From an uncultured Ignavibacteriales bacterium (GTDB taxonomy: Bacteria > Bacteroidota > Ignavibacteria > Ignavibacteriales > Ignavibacteriaceae), in the NCBI GenBank assembly GCA_963739985.1, contig CAVUCE010000015.1, positions 6,990-70,989 on the forward strand: a DNA stretch of 64,000 bases, in the 5' to 3' direction. The notes under the pieces were generated by a model that made no database searches, was not told the origin of the DNA, and worked only from the letters and a program-made list of their open reading frames with translations. The position numbers and the translations under genes are program-made. Below, piece by piece: positions 9,662 to 20,259 of the stretch (positions within the stretch are counted from its first letter, which is position 1; each line of letters begins with the position of its first letter).

Positions 9662-11333
9662 TTTTAATTTCCGTTTTTAATTCATTCTTCCAATCCGGAT
9701 TTTTTGGATGACTTAAATCCCATAATGGTCTTCTACTTCTCACAAGAGGAACATTTTCAAAATTTTTTTGTTGCGGGGGAGAAGATGTCAGCCATTCAAG
9801 AGTCCATGCCTCCCATGGATTATCTCCGGCTTCTTCGCCGTGTTTTATTGTCCTAACGATATTCCAAATCAAAACTACAAATGAAAGCCCTAAGACCATT
9901 GCACTAATGGTAGAAAATAAATTTAGTGCTCCTAAGTAGGGAAGATTTGGATAGGTAAAAACTCTGCGCGGCATACCTAGTAAACCTAAAATATGAAATA
10001 CAAAGAAGGTGCAATTGAAACCTATAAAAAATAGCCAAAATTGAATTTTACCTAATTTCTCGGATAACTTTTTACCGGATAGTTTAGGAAACCAATAATA
10101 TAACCCCGCAAGAGCTCCCGATAATGCACCGCCTACAAAAACATAATGAATATGTGCGACAACGAAATAAGTGTCCGTCAGTCTCCAATCGATTGGAACC
10201 ATCGCAAACCCAACACCGCTTAATCCTCCGATTGTAAAATCTATTAAGAATGCCAAAGCAAAAAGCATTGAGGTGGTAAACGCAATTGAGCCGCCCCACA
10301 TGGTTGCGAGCCAATTAAAGATTTTAACTCCTGTAGGAACTGCTATCAACATACTTGTTGCAGCAAAGAAAGCATTAAACGTTGTTCCTAATCCAACTGC
10401 AAACATGTGATGAGCCCATACTCCAAAAGCTAAAAGAGCAATTGCGACTGTAGAAGCAGCTACAAATTCATAACCAAAGATCGGTTTCCGTGAAAAAACC
10501 GGAATTACTTCTGATATTATTCCGAATGCCGGTAAGGCTAGAATGTAAACTTCGGGATGACCGAAGGTCCAGAAAACATGCTGCCACATAAGTGCTGAGC
10601 CGCCAGTAGCAGTTGTAAAAAAGTGTGCGTCTAATAATCGATCGATTAAGATCATTGCTAATCCTGCGTTAAGAACCGGAAAGGCTGCAAGAATTAAAAA
10701 TCCATTAACGAAAACCATCCAAACAAAAAGCGGAAGTTTGGATAGTGATAAACCTTCCGCCCGCAATGTTAACGTTGTAACTATAAAATTTAATGCAGCT
10801 CCAATTGTGCCTATTCCCATCAACAGAATACTGAGCGCCCAGTAATTAACTCCCGGAGAAGAGCTATAAAATTTTTCACTTAAAGGAGCATAATTGAACC
10901 AACCGACATTTGGTGCTCCACCGGCAAAGAAACTAAAGTAAAGCAGCAATCCGCCAAAAAGAAAAATCCAGAAACTAAATGCATTTAAGCGCGGATATGC
11001 CATTTCATTTGCACCAATCATCAAAGGAAGTAAGTATGTTGCAAACCCGATTAACAGTGGTGTTAACACTAAAAATATCATGGTTGTGCCATGCATTGTA
11101 AATATTTGGTTGTATGCTTGAGGAGAGAGCACTGTATTCTCGGGACTCATTAGTTGTATTCGCATTAACATTGCTTCTATGAATCCGACAACAAAAAATA
11201 TTAATGAAGTCCAAAGATACATTATGCCGATTAGCTTATGATCTACGGTTGAAATCCATTGCAATAATCCATCTCCGGAAAAAAGTTTTGGGATTGGTTT
11301 ATCACTTTCCGGTATGTGAAATGTAAAACTCAT
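9654..11333 (-). CDS. ctaD: cytochrome c oxidase subunit I (heme-copper oxidase)
   Basis: FWTFGHPEVYILALP, WAHHMF and HIHYVFVGG are hallmark heme/CuB ligand regions. Confidence 0.95.
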   Translation of the reverse strand: MSFTFHIPESDKPIPKLFSGDGLLQWISTVDHKLIGIMYLWTSLIFFVVGFIEAMLMRIQLMSPENTVLSPQAYNQIFTMHGTTMIFLVLTPLLIGFATYLLPLMIGANEMAYPRLNAFSFWIFLFGGLLLYFSFFAGGAPNVGWFNYAPLSEKFYSSSPGVNYWALSILLMGIGTIGAALNFIVTTLTLRAEGLSLSKLPLFVWMVFVNGFLILAAFPVLNAGLAMILIDRLLDAHFFTTATGGSALMWQHVFWTFGHPEVYILALPAFGIISEVIPVFSRKPIFGYEFVAASTVAIALLAFGVWAHHMFAVGLGTTFNAFFAATSMLIAVPTGVKIFNWLATMWGGSIAFTTSMLFALAFLIDFTIGGLSGVGFAMVPIDWRLTDTYFVVAHIHYVFVGGALSGALAGLYYWFPKLSGKKLSEKLGKIQFWLFFIGFNCTFFVFHILGLLGMPRRVFTYPNLPYLGALNLFSTISAMVLGLSFVVLIWNIVRTIKHGEEAGDNPWEAWTLEWLTSSPPQQKNFENVPLVRSRRPLWDLSHPKNPDWKNELKTEIKNE

Positions 11334-12301
11334 TTTAGCTCTTCTAAATATGTAGTTAACTCGTTAATTTGTTGAGTATTAAATCTAAAGTTTGGCATAT
11401 GTGCGCCTGGTTTTATTTTTTGAGGATCTTCTAACCATCTTTTTATATTCTCTTCATTGTTAGCTAGTCTTCCGCTTAAAATAGTTTCGCGGGATGCAAT
11501 GTGTGTTAAATCAGGTCCTACATGCGCTTCAGCAGGTGTTCCTGATATTGCATGACAATTACCGCAAGTTTCTTTCTGAAAAAAGTTATAACCAAGTAAA
11601 GCAGTAGTGCCATCTTTCGGTTTTGACGGAATCTTTTTTTGATCCTTTATCCATTGGTTAAAATCTTTTTGTGATTGTACAATTACTTTTATTCGCATCC
11701 ATGCGTGTTCGGCACCGCAATATTCGGTACATGCACCTTCATAAGTTCCGATAGAATCACATTCTATCCATGTAAGATTTTTCCTTCCCGGCACAGCGTC
11801 TATTTTCCTTCCTAAATCCGGTACCCACCAATCGTGGATAACATCTGCAGACTCAACATCCATTAATAATTTTTTACCGACCGGGATATGCAACTCGTTT
11901 GCAGTAATTACACTATCCTTTGGGTATCTCATATCCCACCACCATTGATGTGCAATTATTTTAATATCGGGTTTATTGCTTAGCCCTTTCCTAGAATTTA
12001 TTTTTTCCATCGCGTTTAATGTTAAAACGAAAAAGACTATTAAAATTATTAATGGAATAACTGTCCAGATAATTTCGAGTTTCTTGTTGCCGAATATTTG
12101 TTTTGGTTCTAAATTTTCTTTTTTTGATTTGAAACGAATTGCAGCTATTATTATTGTTCCGGTTACAAGTATAAGTATGATACCGGCTAATACTAAAAAT
12201 TTCACGAATAAGCTATTGATGTCACTTGCTTGCTGTGAATCTGAAGTAAACAACTTTGAAAAAAACTGAAGAATCGTTACTAATAATAAATTTAACATCA
12301 C
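11330..12301 (-). CDS. ctaC: cytochrome c oxidase subunit II with fused C-terminal cytochrome c (caa3-type)
   Basis: CuA site CTEYCGAEHAWM plus a C-terminal CGNCHAISG heme c motif. Confidence 0.92.
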   Translation of the reverse strand: MMLNLLLVTILQFFSKLFTSDSQQASDINSLFVKFLVLAGIILILVTGTIIIAAIRFKSKKENLEPKQIFGNKKLEIIWTVIPLIILIVFFVLTLNAMEKINSRKGLSNKPDIKIIAHQWWWDMRYPKDSVITANELHIPVGKKLLMDVESADVIHDWWVPDLGRKIDAVPGRKNLTWIECDSIGTYEGACTEYCGAEHAWMRIKVIVQSQKDFNQWIKDQKKIPSKPKDGTTALLGYNFFQKETCGNCHAISGTPAEAHVGPDLTHIASRETILSGRLANNEENIKRWLEDPQKIKPGAHMPNFRFNTQQINELTTYLEELK

Positions 12302-12591
12302 TCTGACAATTGCTTAATAATTTTTTAATGTAACAACTTTTTTAGATGACCTTTGTGATAATTTGTACTTAAAAATAAAAGTGTGATTACGCTAAAGTTA
12401 TGAGGGGGATTTATATGAAAGATTAAAATTTTCTTATAATTTTAGTGAGAAATGTCATCTAGCTTGAATCGTATTACGGATTTATAAAAAAACATAGGTT
12501 GTTAAATTTATAAAAGGAAAGACCAATCAAATAAATTGAACTGAATACTTTTTTAATTTTCTCAATTATCATTGAAAAAATTATTACATAT

Positions 12592-12838
12592 TTATAGCTT
12601 CTGCATGATATAATTTATCATGAAGTTTTTTTCCTCTTCATCATTAATATATTCATCAAAAGTCATTTTTTTATCAATTATCCTTGACGGAGTAATTTCT
12701 ATTATTCTATTTACTATTGTATGATTGAACTGATGATCGTGAGAGCTAAATAACACTACTCCCGAAAAATCAATTAAGCTATTGTTAAGTGCGGAGATTG
12801 ATACTTGATCAAGATGATTTGTCGGCTTGACTAAAAGC
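12592..12838 (-). pseudogene. C-terminal relic of an ABC-F-type ATPase gene
   Basis: Hand translation reads LLLVKPTNHLDQVSISALNNSLIDFSGVVLFSSHDHQFNHTIVNRIIEITPSRIIDKKMTFDEYI...*. This matches the Walker-B/D-loop/H-loop end of the second ABC domain (canonical LLLDEPTNHLD ... SHDR), with DE replaced by VK. No upstream coding continuation exists: a stop and a hairpin lie immediately upstream. Confidence 0.55.
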
Positions 12839-12863
12839 AGATATTAAATGATTTTTTTATTTT

Positions 12864-12891
12864 GGGACAAGATGATTCTTGTCCCTTTTTT
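12864..12891. terminator. GC-stem hairpin between the ferritin stop and the ABC-F relic
   Basis: GGGACAAG (12864-12871), loop atgatt, CTTGTCCC (12878-12885). The T-run follows only on the plus strand, whereas the adjacent ferritin gene is on the minus strand, so terminator function for ferritin is uncertain. Confidence 0.3.
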
Positions 12892-12911
12892 ATTTAAAAT
12901 ATAAAAACAAA

Positions 12912-13409
12912 TTAAGTTGTTAATGTTCTCTGACCGAAATCATTATCAAGCATCAATAAAGCACCTTTATTATCACCAATCAATTTTAATTTTTCTACAA
13001 TTTTCTGAGCATTAGCTTCTTCTTCAACTTGTTCGCTTATAAACCATTGTAAGAAATTATTTGTTGCATGATCTTTTTCCGCAAGCGTTAAATCAACTAA
13101 TTCATAAATCATTTTTGTCACATTTTTTTCATGTTTATAAGTAGCTTTGAATACATCAAGTGAATCTTTCCAATCACCGGAAGGAGCATCAATTTTTGTT
13201 AAATTGATTTTTCCGCCAACAGTTAATATATAATCGTAAATTTTCATAGCATGTGTGTATTCTTCTTGCGATTGCAATTTCATCCATGTGGCAAAGCCTG
13301 TTAAATTGATGGAATCGAAAAATGCCGACATCGCAAGATATTCATAAGACGAGAATAATTCTGCGTTAAGTTGTTTGTTCAAAGCTTGTTCTACTTTAGT
13401 GTTGATCAT
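12912..13409 (-). CDS. ferritin (non-heme, Ftn-type)
   Basis: 165 aa with ferroxidase-centre pattern ELFSSYEYLAMS ... QEEYTHAMKIYDYI ... EQVEEE. Confidence 0.85.
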   Translation of the reverse strand: MINTKVEQALNKQLNAELFSSYEYLAMSAFFDSINLTGFATWMKLQSQEEYTHAMKIYDYILTVGGKINLTKIDAPSGDWKDSLDVFKATYKHEKNVTKMIYELVDLTLAEKDHATNNFLQWFISEQVEEEANAQKIVEKLKLIGDNKGALLMLDNDFGQRTLTT

Positions 13410-13580
13410 ATTTTCTCCTTATTTTTTGAGGTCTTGTTAATATCGAAACTAAATGTAATTAAACAGTATTTATACTGCAAATAATAAATGATAATTTCGA
13501 ATTAGGTTTATATCAGGAATATTTTTACTAAATATTCTTATTTTTATGAATAATTTAATCTTAAATATAGCGGCAATAGT

Positions 13581-14471
13581 ATGCAATTTTCTGAAAAATT
13601 TTTATTAATGGAAAAATATATTCTTGAGTTACAATCAAACATATGTAATGCAATTGAGGAAATTGACGGGAAAAATTTTATTACCGATGAATGGGAACGA
13701 GAAGAGGGTGGCGGTGGAAAGTCTAGGGTTATAGAAAATGGAAATATTTTTGAAAAAGGGGGAGTGAATATTTCTTCTGTTCATGGTAAAATGTCAGAAG
13801 CGGTTTCAAAACAATTAAATACAGAGGTTCAACAATTTGGGGCATGCGGAATTTCGTTAATCTTACATCCATTTTCACCAAAAATTCCTACAATTCATTT
13901 AAATGTTAGATATTTTGAAACAGAAAACGGTAAAAACTGGTTTGGCGGCGGAATTGATCTCACGCCATATTATCCATACATAGAAGACTTTAAATATTTT
14001 CATAATACGCTAAAAAACGCTTGTGAAATAGTAATTCCGGGCTCATACAAAGATTATAAGAAGCAGTGCGATGAATATTTTACAGTACAACACAGAAATG
14101 AAATGCGTGGAATTGGCGGAATTTTCTTTGACTATCTTACTGATGAGGGTGATATTTATTTTAACTTAGTGAAATCGGTTGGTAATTCCTTCTTGAATAG
14201 CTACTTACCGATAGTTGAAAAAAGGAAAAATGAAAAATTTAGTGCCGAAGAGAAAGAATTCCAATTGATAAGACGAGGCAGATATGTAGAATTTAATCTA
14301 ATTTATGATAGAGGCACATTATTTGGGTTAAAAACCGGTGGGCGAATTGAATCTATTTTGATTTCTATGCCGCCGGAAGTAAAATTTAAGTACAATTGGA
14401 CACCTGTAAATGACACAAAATTCAGTGAAATGTGGAGCTTTTATCAACCAAGACATTGGGCTGATGAATAA
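13581..14471 (+). CDS. hemF: oxygen-dependent coproporphyrinogen III oxidase
   Basis: WEREEGGGGKSRV, NVRYFE and RRGRYVEFNLIYDRGTLFGL are classic HemF blocks. Confidence 0.9.
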   Translation: MQFSEKFLLMEKYILELQSNICNAIEEIDGKNFITDEWEREEGGGGKSRVIENGNIFEKGGVNISSVHGKMSEAVSKQLNTEVQQFGACGISLILHPFSPKIPTIHLNVRYFETENGKNWFGGGIDLTPYYPYIEDFKYFHNTLKNACEIVIPGSYKDYKKQCDEYFTVQHRNEMRGIGGIFFDYLTDEGDIYFNLVKSVGNSFLNSYLPIVEKRKNEKFSAEEKEFQLIRRGRYVEFNLIYDRGTLFGLKTGGRIESILISMPPEVKFKYNWTPVNDTKFSEMWSFYQPRHWADE

Positions 14472-14631
14472 ATCTTTAAAAGTGCTTAAATTATATACAA
14501 TTTCTCGATTTTAGGGGCATATATCAACAAAATTTGCTAATTATCACTAATTTCCTTCCTTTTTATTCGCATCATAATTCCGTATATTTGCACTTTAAAA
14601 ATGAAACTATTTAACACTAACTACCAGGTAT

Positions 14632-16815
14632 ATGATCAATCTAAAGTCATTAAACAGCGAACAAAAGAAGGCCGTTGAATATGATAATGGCCCTCATATG
14701 ATAGTTGCCGGCGCAGGTTCCGGTAAAACAAGAGTGCTTACTTACAAGATTGCATATCTTATTGAGCAGGGATACGAACCTGACAGTTTATTGGCACTTA
14801 CTTTTACCAACAAAGCCGCCAGCGAAATGAAGGAACGAATCAGAGAGTTAATCGGGACAAAAGCTGATTCTTTATGGATGGGCACTTTCCATTCAATTTT
14901 TGCAAGAATTCTTAGAATTGAAGCGAAAAACTTAGGCTATGAAAGCAATTTTTCAATTTATGATGCTGAGGATTCACTTTCACTTGTTTCTAATATCATT
15001 TCAAACTTTAACATCAATTTAGAAAACATAACTGCTAATTCAGTTAAACATAAAATCAGTTATTTGAAGAATAATATGATTTTTCCTGCAGAGTATAAAA
15101 AGAAACATGTTGATTCTTTAGTTGATGAAAAGGTCGCAGAAATATTTGAAGAATATGAAAAGCGATTAAAAGAAAATAATGCGATGGATTTTGAAGATAT
15201 TCTTTTAAAACCAATCGAACTATTTAATGAAAATCAGAAAATTCATCAAAAATATAAAAAGAAATTTGCCTATTTACTTGTAGATGAATTTCAAGATACT
15301 AACATTGCTCAGTATGAACTTTTAAAATTGTTAGTTTCAAAAGACGGTAAAATTTGTGTAGTTGGCGATGATGCACAAAGTATCTACAGTTGGCGCGGTG
15401 CTAATGTTGCTAACATGTTGGATTTTGAAAAGGATTTCCCAAAACATAAAATATTTAAACTTGAGCAGAATTATCGTTCAACTAAAAATATTTTAGGCGC
15501 GGCGGATTCAGTAATTAAAAATAACAAAAGTCAATTACTCAAAACTTTATGGACGGAGAACAATGACGGTGAGTTATTAACACTTGTTAAATGTGCTGAT
15601 GAAAAAGACGAAGCGTTTCAAATTGCTAAATTCATAAAGCAAGAAATAACTAAAAAGAAGTTATCGCATAAAGATTTTGCCATACTTTATAGGACTAATG
15701 CTCAATCACGCGCACTCGAAGATATTTTTAGAAGAGAAAAAATTCCTTATCGTATTATAGGCGGTATCGAGTTTTATAAGAGAAAAGAAGTTAAAGATAT
15801 TGTTGCCTATTTAAGAGTGTTATCAAATGAGAATGATGAAGAAAGTTTGTTAAGAATAATGAATTTTCCTCAACGCGGAATTGGCAGCACTACAATTAAA
15901 AGAATGATTTCTTTTGCTAGGAAGCATGAAATTTCTTTGTTCGAAACCATGACAAGGGTTTTTGAGGTAATTGACATAAAAGAGAGAATACAGAAAAACG
16001 TTAAAGGATTTAAGGTTTTTCTTGATAAGTATATTGATCTCAAAGATAAATTATCTGTCGGTGAACTTTCCAGGGCTATGGTTGATGAATTAGGCATTTT
16101 AAGAATGTTTAAGGAAGAAAATACGCCGGAATCTAAAGGGCGCTGGGAAAATATTAACGAATTGCTTTCAGCATTAAGCGAATTTTCAAATTCTAATAAA
16201 GATGCTAAGCTGGAACAATATCTTGAGGACGTTTCGCTTATTGCCGATATAGATAACTATGAAGAAGAGCAAAATGTTGTAACATTTCTGACTGTGCATA
16301 GTTCTAAGGGACTAGAATTTCCGGTTATTTTCATTTCCGGTTGTGAAGAAGATATTTTCCCTCTTTCAACTAAATTTAGTTCTGATGCGTCTCTTGAAGA
16401 GGAGAGAAGACTTTTTTATGTTGCTGTTACAAGGGCACAAAAGAAAGTTTATATTTCACATGCTCGTTCTAGGTATCGTTTTGGCGAAGTTGCTTATCAG
16501 AGCCGATCAAGATTTATTGATGAAATGGATTCTTCTTTATATTCCGAGTTAAACGGCGGAATCGGTAGAAAATCTTCTTCACGAAAATCCAAAAAAGAAA
16601 TGTACTATGAGTACTTTGAAAATGTAGATTATGAGGATTTTGATCAGACAAATAAAGCAATAAGACCCGGCAGCAGAGTTATGCACGAAAAATTCGGACT
16701 TGGAAAAGTTACTCAGGTTACCGGTGCCGGGGATATGCAAAAAGCAACTGTTGCCTTTGAAGGAAATAATGTAAAACAACTGATGCTGAAATTTGCAAAA
16801 CTAAAAGTTCTCTGA
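14632..16815 (+). CDS. ATP-dependent DNA helicase, UvrD/PcrA/Rep family
   Basis: Helicase motifs AGAGSGKT (I), LLVDEFQDTN (II), QNYRS and VHSSKGLEFPVIF, plus a C-terminal GSRVMHEKFGLGKV tail. Confidence 0.92.
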   Translation: MINLKSLNSEQKKAVEYDNGPHMIVAGAGSGKTRVLTYKIAYLIEQGYEPDSLLALTFTNKAASEMKERIRELIGTKADSLWMGTFHSIFARILRIEAKNLGYESNFSIYDAEDSLSLVSNIISNFNINLENITANSVKHKISYLKNNMIFPAEYKKKHVDSLVDEKVAEIFEEYEKRLKENNAMDFEDILLKPIELFNENQKIHQKYKKKFAYLLVDEFQDTNIAQYELLKLLVSKDGKICVVGDDAQSIYSWRGANVANMLDFEKDFPKHKIFKLEQNYRSTKNILGAADSVIKNNKSQLLKTLWTENNDGELLTLVKCADEKDEAFQIAKFIKQEITKKKLSHKDFAILYRTNAQSRALEDIFRREKIPYRIIGGIEFYKRKEVKDIVAYLRVLSNENDEESLLRIMNFPQRGIGSTTIKRMISFARKHEISLFETMTRVFEVIDIKERIQKNVKGFKVFLDKYIDLKDKLSVGELSRAMVDELGILRMFKEENTPESKGRWENINELLSALSEFSNSNKDAKLEQYLEDVSLIADIDNYEEEQNVVTFLTVHSSKGLEFPVIFISGCEEDIFPLSTKFSSDASLEEERRLFYVAVTRAQKKVYISHARSRYRFGEVAYQSRSRFIDEMDSSLYSELNGGIGRKSSSRKSKKEMYYEYFENVDYEDFDQTNKAIRPGSRVMHEKFGLGKVTQVTGAGDMQKATVAFEGNNVKQLMLKFAKLKVL

Positions 16816-16875
16816 TAGCTGATGTAAAATTACAGATTCTAATTTCTTAAGTCTTAAAAACGGAAATAGTTAAAG

Positions 16876-18756
16876 ATGAAATTCTTGTTACCGTTACTAA
16901 TATTAGTTTTCCTTTCATCTTTAACGTATTCACAAGAATTAAGAGGAACCTGGCTTTCAAGAAATCAATTAGTTTCTAAAGAATTAATAGCCGTTGAGAT
17001 GGATAGTCTGGCGGCTAATAATTTTAATGTAGTTTATGTTGATGCCTGGAGTAGGGGATATCCACTCTGGCAAAGTAAAACCTTCCTTAAAGAAACCGGT
17101 TACTCCACTGATCCCATTTACAAAAATCGTGATATTTTAGCTGAGACAATCGCGGAAGCACATCGTGTAGGAATTGAAGTTGAAGCATGGTTTGAATATG
17201 GTTTTGTAGGTGGTTGGTCAGGCAATCAACCTGCGGGCTCAATGGGGCCGATCTTCAAAAATCATTCTAATTGGGTAGAACAAAATGTTTGGGGAAATAC
17301 GCAGGATAGTATATCCTCAGGTGTATTTTATTGGATGAGCCACACTCGACCGGATGTTCAAAATTTCCTTATTTCTTTAATGACTGAACTGGCAAGGAAC
17401 TATGATTTAGACGGAATCGAATTGGATAGAATTCGACTTGCCGGGCTTGAATGGGGATATGACAGTTATACGGATAGTCTTTATAAAAGTGAACATAACG
17501 GAATTGCTCCTCCGAAAAATTATTCTGATGCTAGTTGGTTAAGATGGAGGGCAGATAAAATAAATCAATTTATTGCTAGATCATACGATAGCGTAAAAAG
17601 CATAAATCCTAACCTGAATATTTCCAATGCTCCCAGTCTGTATAGTTCTAACAGTTATACTGCTTACAATGATTTGGCTCAGGATTGGGTAACTTGGGTT
17701 AATTCCGGAACAGTTGACAATGTTCAAATTCAGTCCTATGTAAGTTCATCATCAACTTTCGGTTCAATTATGAACTATGCCGCTAAATTAATTAGCGATA
17801 AAAATAAAGCATTTCCTTGTTTTGCCGTAAGCCCGAATGGAGTTAAAATATCTAATTCAGAGTTAGTTAATTTTATAAAAACTACTAGGGCAAATGGTTT
17901 TAAGGGCAATTCTATTTGGTATTATCCGGATTTAATTCCGATTTTTCCATTTCTAAAATCTACTGTTTATTCAACGAAAACTTATCCGCCTTATTCCAAA
18001 CAAGATTGGCGAGACTATCATTCAATTTCACTCTTGTCAGATTCAGCTAATATTATTAAAAAAGGGAATTGGCTTCAAAGTTCAATATACGGATTTAACG
18101 GACCTTCATATTATTGTACATCAAGTGATTCTGCATCTTTAGAATATTATCCAAGTATTCATAAAAGCGGATTTTACGAAGTTTATGTTTATAATATAAT
18201 CTCATCAAACAGAACTGATTCTGCAAAATATACTTTGATCGATTCATTAGGAAATGAGAAAAATTACTTTGTAAGCCAATCTAATATTAATAACAAAGGT
18301 TGGTTCAAATTGGATGATATCTATTTGGGGAAGGGAAAAAACCTTGCTGTTAAATTAGATAATAATAACTTACAAGCAGGCAAGTTATTGAGTGCAGATG
18401 CTGTGATGATAATTCTTAACAGAAGATTATCACCGGATACTAAAATTACTGATATAAATTCTAGAATTGAATCTCATAATAAAATGAGTTATGATTTTAA
18501 TCTTAAAAGTTATCCTAATCCATTTAATAATCAATTTCAGATAACTTTTACTGTCGATGATATGAGTCGGTATAGCCTAAATATTTTCAACATACTCGGA
18601 CAGAGAGTTTATCATCTAAATGGTGAACCAAAACATTTAGGTGAAAATCAGATGCATCTTAATTTTGATACTACTAATTTACCGACAGGCGTATATTTTG
18701 TAAATTTATCTCAAGGAAACAAACAAGAATCAATAAAAATAGTGTTAACAAAATGA
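16876..18756 (+). CDS. secreted glycoside-hydrolase-like (GHL10/YngK-like) protein with a T9SS C-terminal sorting domain
   Basis: Signal peptide, then RGTWLS ... DAWSRGYPLW ... EAWFEYGF blocks resembling the GHL10 TIM-barrel family. The C-terminus YPNPFNNQFQITF...IKIVLTK resembles a Por/T9SS tail. Confidence 0.55.
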   Translation: MKFLLPLLILVFLSSLTYSQELRGTWLSRNQLVSKELIAVEMDSLAANNFNVVYVDAWSRGYPLWQSKTFLKETGYSTDPIYKNRDILAETIAEAHRVGIEVEAWFEYGFVGGWSGNQPAGSMGPIFKNHSNWVEQNVWGNTQDSISSGVFYWMSHTRPDVQNFLISLMTELARNYDLDGIELDRIRLAGLEWGYDSYTDSLYKSEHNGIAPPKNYSDASWLRWRADKINQFIARSYDSVKSINPNLNISNAPSLYSSNSYTAYNDLAQDWVTWVNSGTVDNVQIQSYVSSSSTFGSIMNYAAKLISDKNKAFPCFAVSPNGVKISNSELVNFIKTTRANGFKGNSIWYYPDLIPIFPFLKSTVYSTKTYPPYSKQDWRDYHSISLLSDSANIIKKGNWLQSSIYGFNGPSYYCTSSDSASLEYYPSIHKSGFYEVYVYNIISSNRTDSAKYTLIDSLGNEKNYFVSQSNINNKGWFKLDDIYLGKGKNLAVKLDNNNLQAGKLLSADAVMIILNRRLSPDTKITDINSRIESHNKMSYDFNLKSYPNPFNNQFQITFTVDDMSRYSLNIFNILGQRVYHLNGEPKHLGENQMHLNFDTTNLPTGVYFVNLSQGNKQESIKIVLTK

Positions 18757-18804
18757 TACTATAAACCTCTAAATAAACTTAATTCAAAGTAAGGAGTTGA
18801 TCAG

Positions 18805-20193
18805 ATGTCCATTGCTCCAAAGAGACTCGCAGTATTAGTCGGCGGCGGACCGGCACCCGGCATAAATAGCGTTATTGGTGCTACAACTATTAGAGCTGCC
18901 CTGGAAGGCGTAGAAGTTATCGGAATTAAAGACGGCTTTAAATGGATAATGGAAGGGGATATATCTCATATCAAAGAACTTACTATAGATGGTGTGAGCC
19001 GTATTCACTTCAGAGGCGGTTCCTATATAGGAATTGCACGTAATAATCCTACCAAAGATAAAAAGCATCTTGAAAATACTGTTACTTCTCTGCTGAGATT
19101 AAATGTAGATAAGCTAATAACTATCGGTGGTGATGACACAGCCTTCAGTGCTCTAAAGGTTGAAGAAATGGCAGCCGGCAGAATTAAAGTTGTTCATGTT
19201 CCTAAAACGATTGATAACGATCTCGATCTTCCTCATGGAATCCCAACATTTGGATTTCAAACAGCAAGACATATCGGTGTTGAAGTAGTAAAAAACTTAA
19301 TGGTTGACGCTCAAACAACTTCGCGCTGGTATTTTGTTGTTTCTATGGGAAGAAAAGCAGGACATCTAGCTCTGGGAATTGGGAAAGCTACCGGTGCAAC
19401 TTTAACTCTTATCCCGGAAGAATTTCCTGAAGGGGAAATTAAATTTTCGCACGTGGTTGATATCTTAGTTGGTGCAATTATAAAAAGATTGAGTTACGGA
19501 AGAAAAGATGGAGTCGCAATTTTAGCCGAAGGCCTTGTAGAAAGATTGGGCAAAAATGAGCTAGAGTCGCTGGTAAATATAGAAAGAGATGCACACGATA
19601 ATATTAGAATAGCTGAAATAAATTTTGGCGAGATCTTGAAATATAAAGTTCAAGAAAGACTAAGAGAGTATGGTATAAAAACCACAATAGTTGCAAAAAA
19701 TATTGGTTACGAATTGCGTTGTGCCGATCCAATTCCATTTGATATGGAGTATACTCGTGATCTGGGATTTGCTGCTGCACAATTCATTTTAACCGGCGGT
19801 AATTCTGCAATGGTTTCTATACAAAACGGTCATTTTGTACCTATGTATTTTAAAGATATTATTGATCCGGCTACAAAGAAAACAAGAGTACGTTTGGTTA
19901 ATCCTTCTTCCGAATCATTTTATATTGCCCGAAGATACATGTTAAGATTAAATCAAGCTGACTTTGAAGATCCTCATGAACTTGCTAAATATGCTGCTAC
20001 ATGTGGGATATCATTAGATGAATTTAGAAGCCAGTTTTACTATTTGATTGAGAATGATTTGCTCTATAAGAATATTCAGGAAGGTGTTTTTCAATTAGCT
20101 GCTAATGAAACAAATGAAGCACACAATCCTTCTAAGAAAGATAATCGTAAGGATAAGAAAAAAGTAAATAACGGAGATATACTTCAAAGTTAA
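18805..20193 (+). CDS. pfp: 6-phosphofructokinase, probably pyrophosphate-dependent
   Basis: GGGPAPGINSVI, IGGDDT (Asp where ATP-dependent enzymes have Gly), PKTIDNDL and MGRKAGHLA. Confidence 0.8.
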   Translation: MSIAPKRLAVLVGGGPAPGINSVIGATTIRAALEGVEVIGIKDGFKWIMEGDISHIKELTIDGVSRIHFRGGSYIGIARNNPTKDKKHLENTVTSLLRLNVDKLITIGGDDTAFSALKVEEMAAGRIKVVHVPKTIDNDLDLPHGIPTFGFQTARHIGVEVVKNLMVDAQTTSRWYFVVSMGRKAGHLALGIGKATGATLTLIPEEFPEGEIKFSHVVDILVGAIIKRLSYGRKDGVAILAEGLVERLGKNELESLVNIERDAHDNIRIAEINFGEILKYKVQERLREYGIKTTIVAKNIGYELRCADPIPFDMEYTRDLGFAAAQFILTGGNSAMVSIQNGHFVPMYFKDIIDPATKKTRVRLVNPSSESFYIARRYMLRLNQADFEDPHELAKYAATCGISLDEFRSQFYYLIENDLLYKNIQEGVFQLAANETNEAHNPSKKDNRKDKKKVNNGDILQS

Positions 20194-20200
20194 AAAATAA

Positions 20201-20246
20201 GAACGCTGATTTTTATGAAAATAGATATCCATAAGAATCAGCGTTC
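20201..20246. terminator. bidirectional terminator-like hairpin between convergent pfp and the NSS operon
   Basis: gaacgctgatttttatg (20201-20217) pairs with cataagaatcagcgttc (20230-20246). This gives 17 bp with one mismatch and a 12-nt loop. Confidence 0.5.
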
Positions 20247-20259
20247 ACCTAAATTTATT

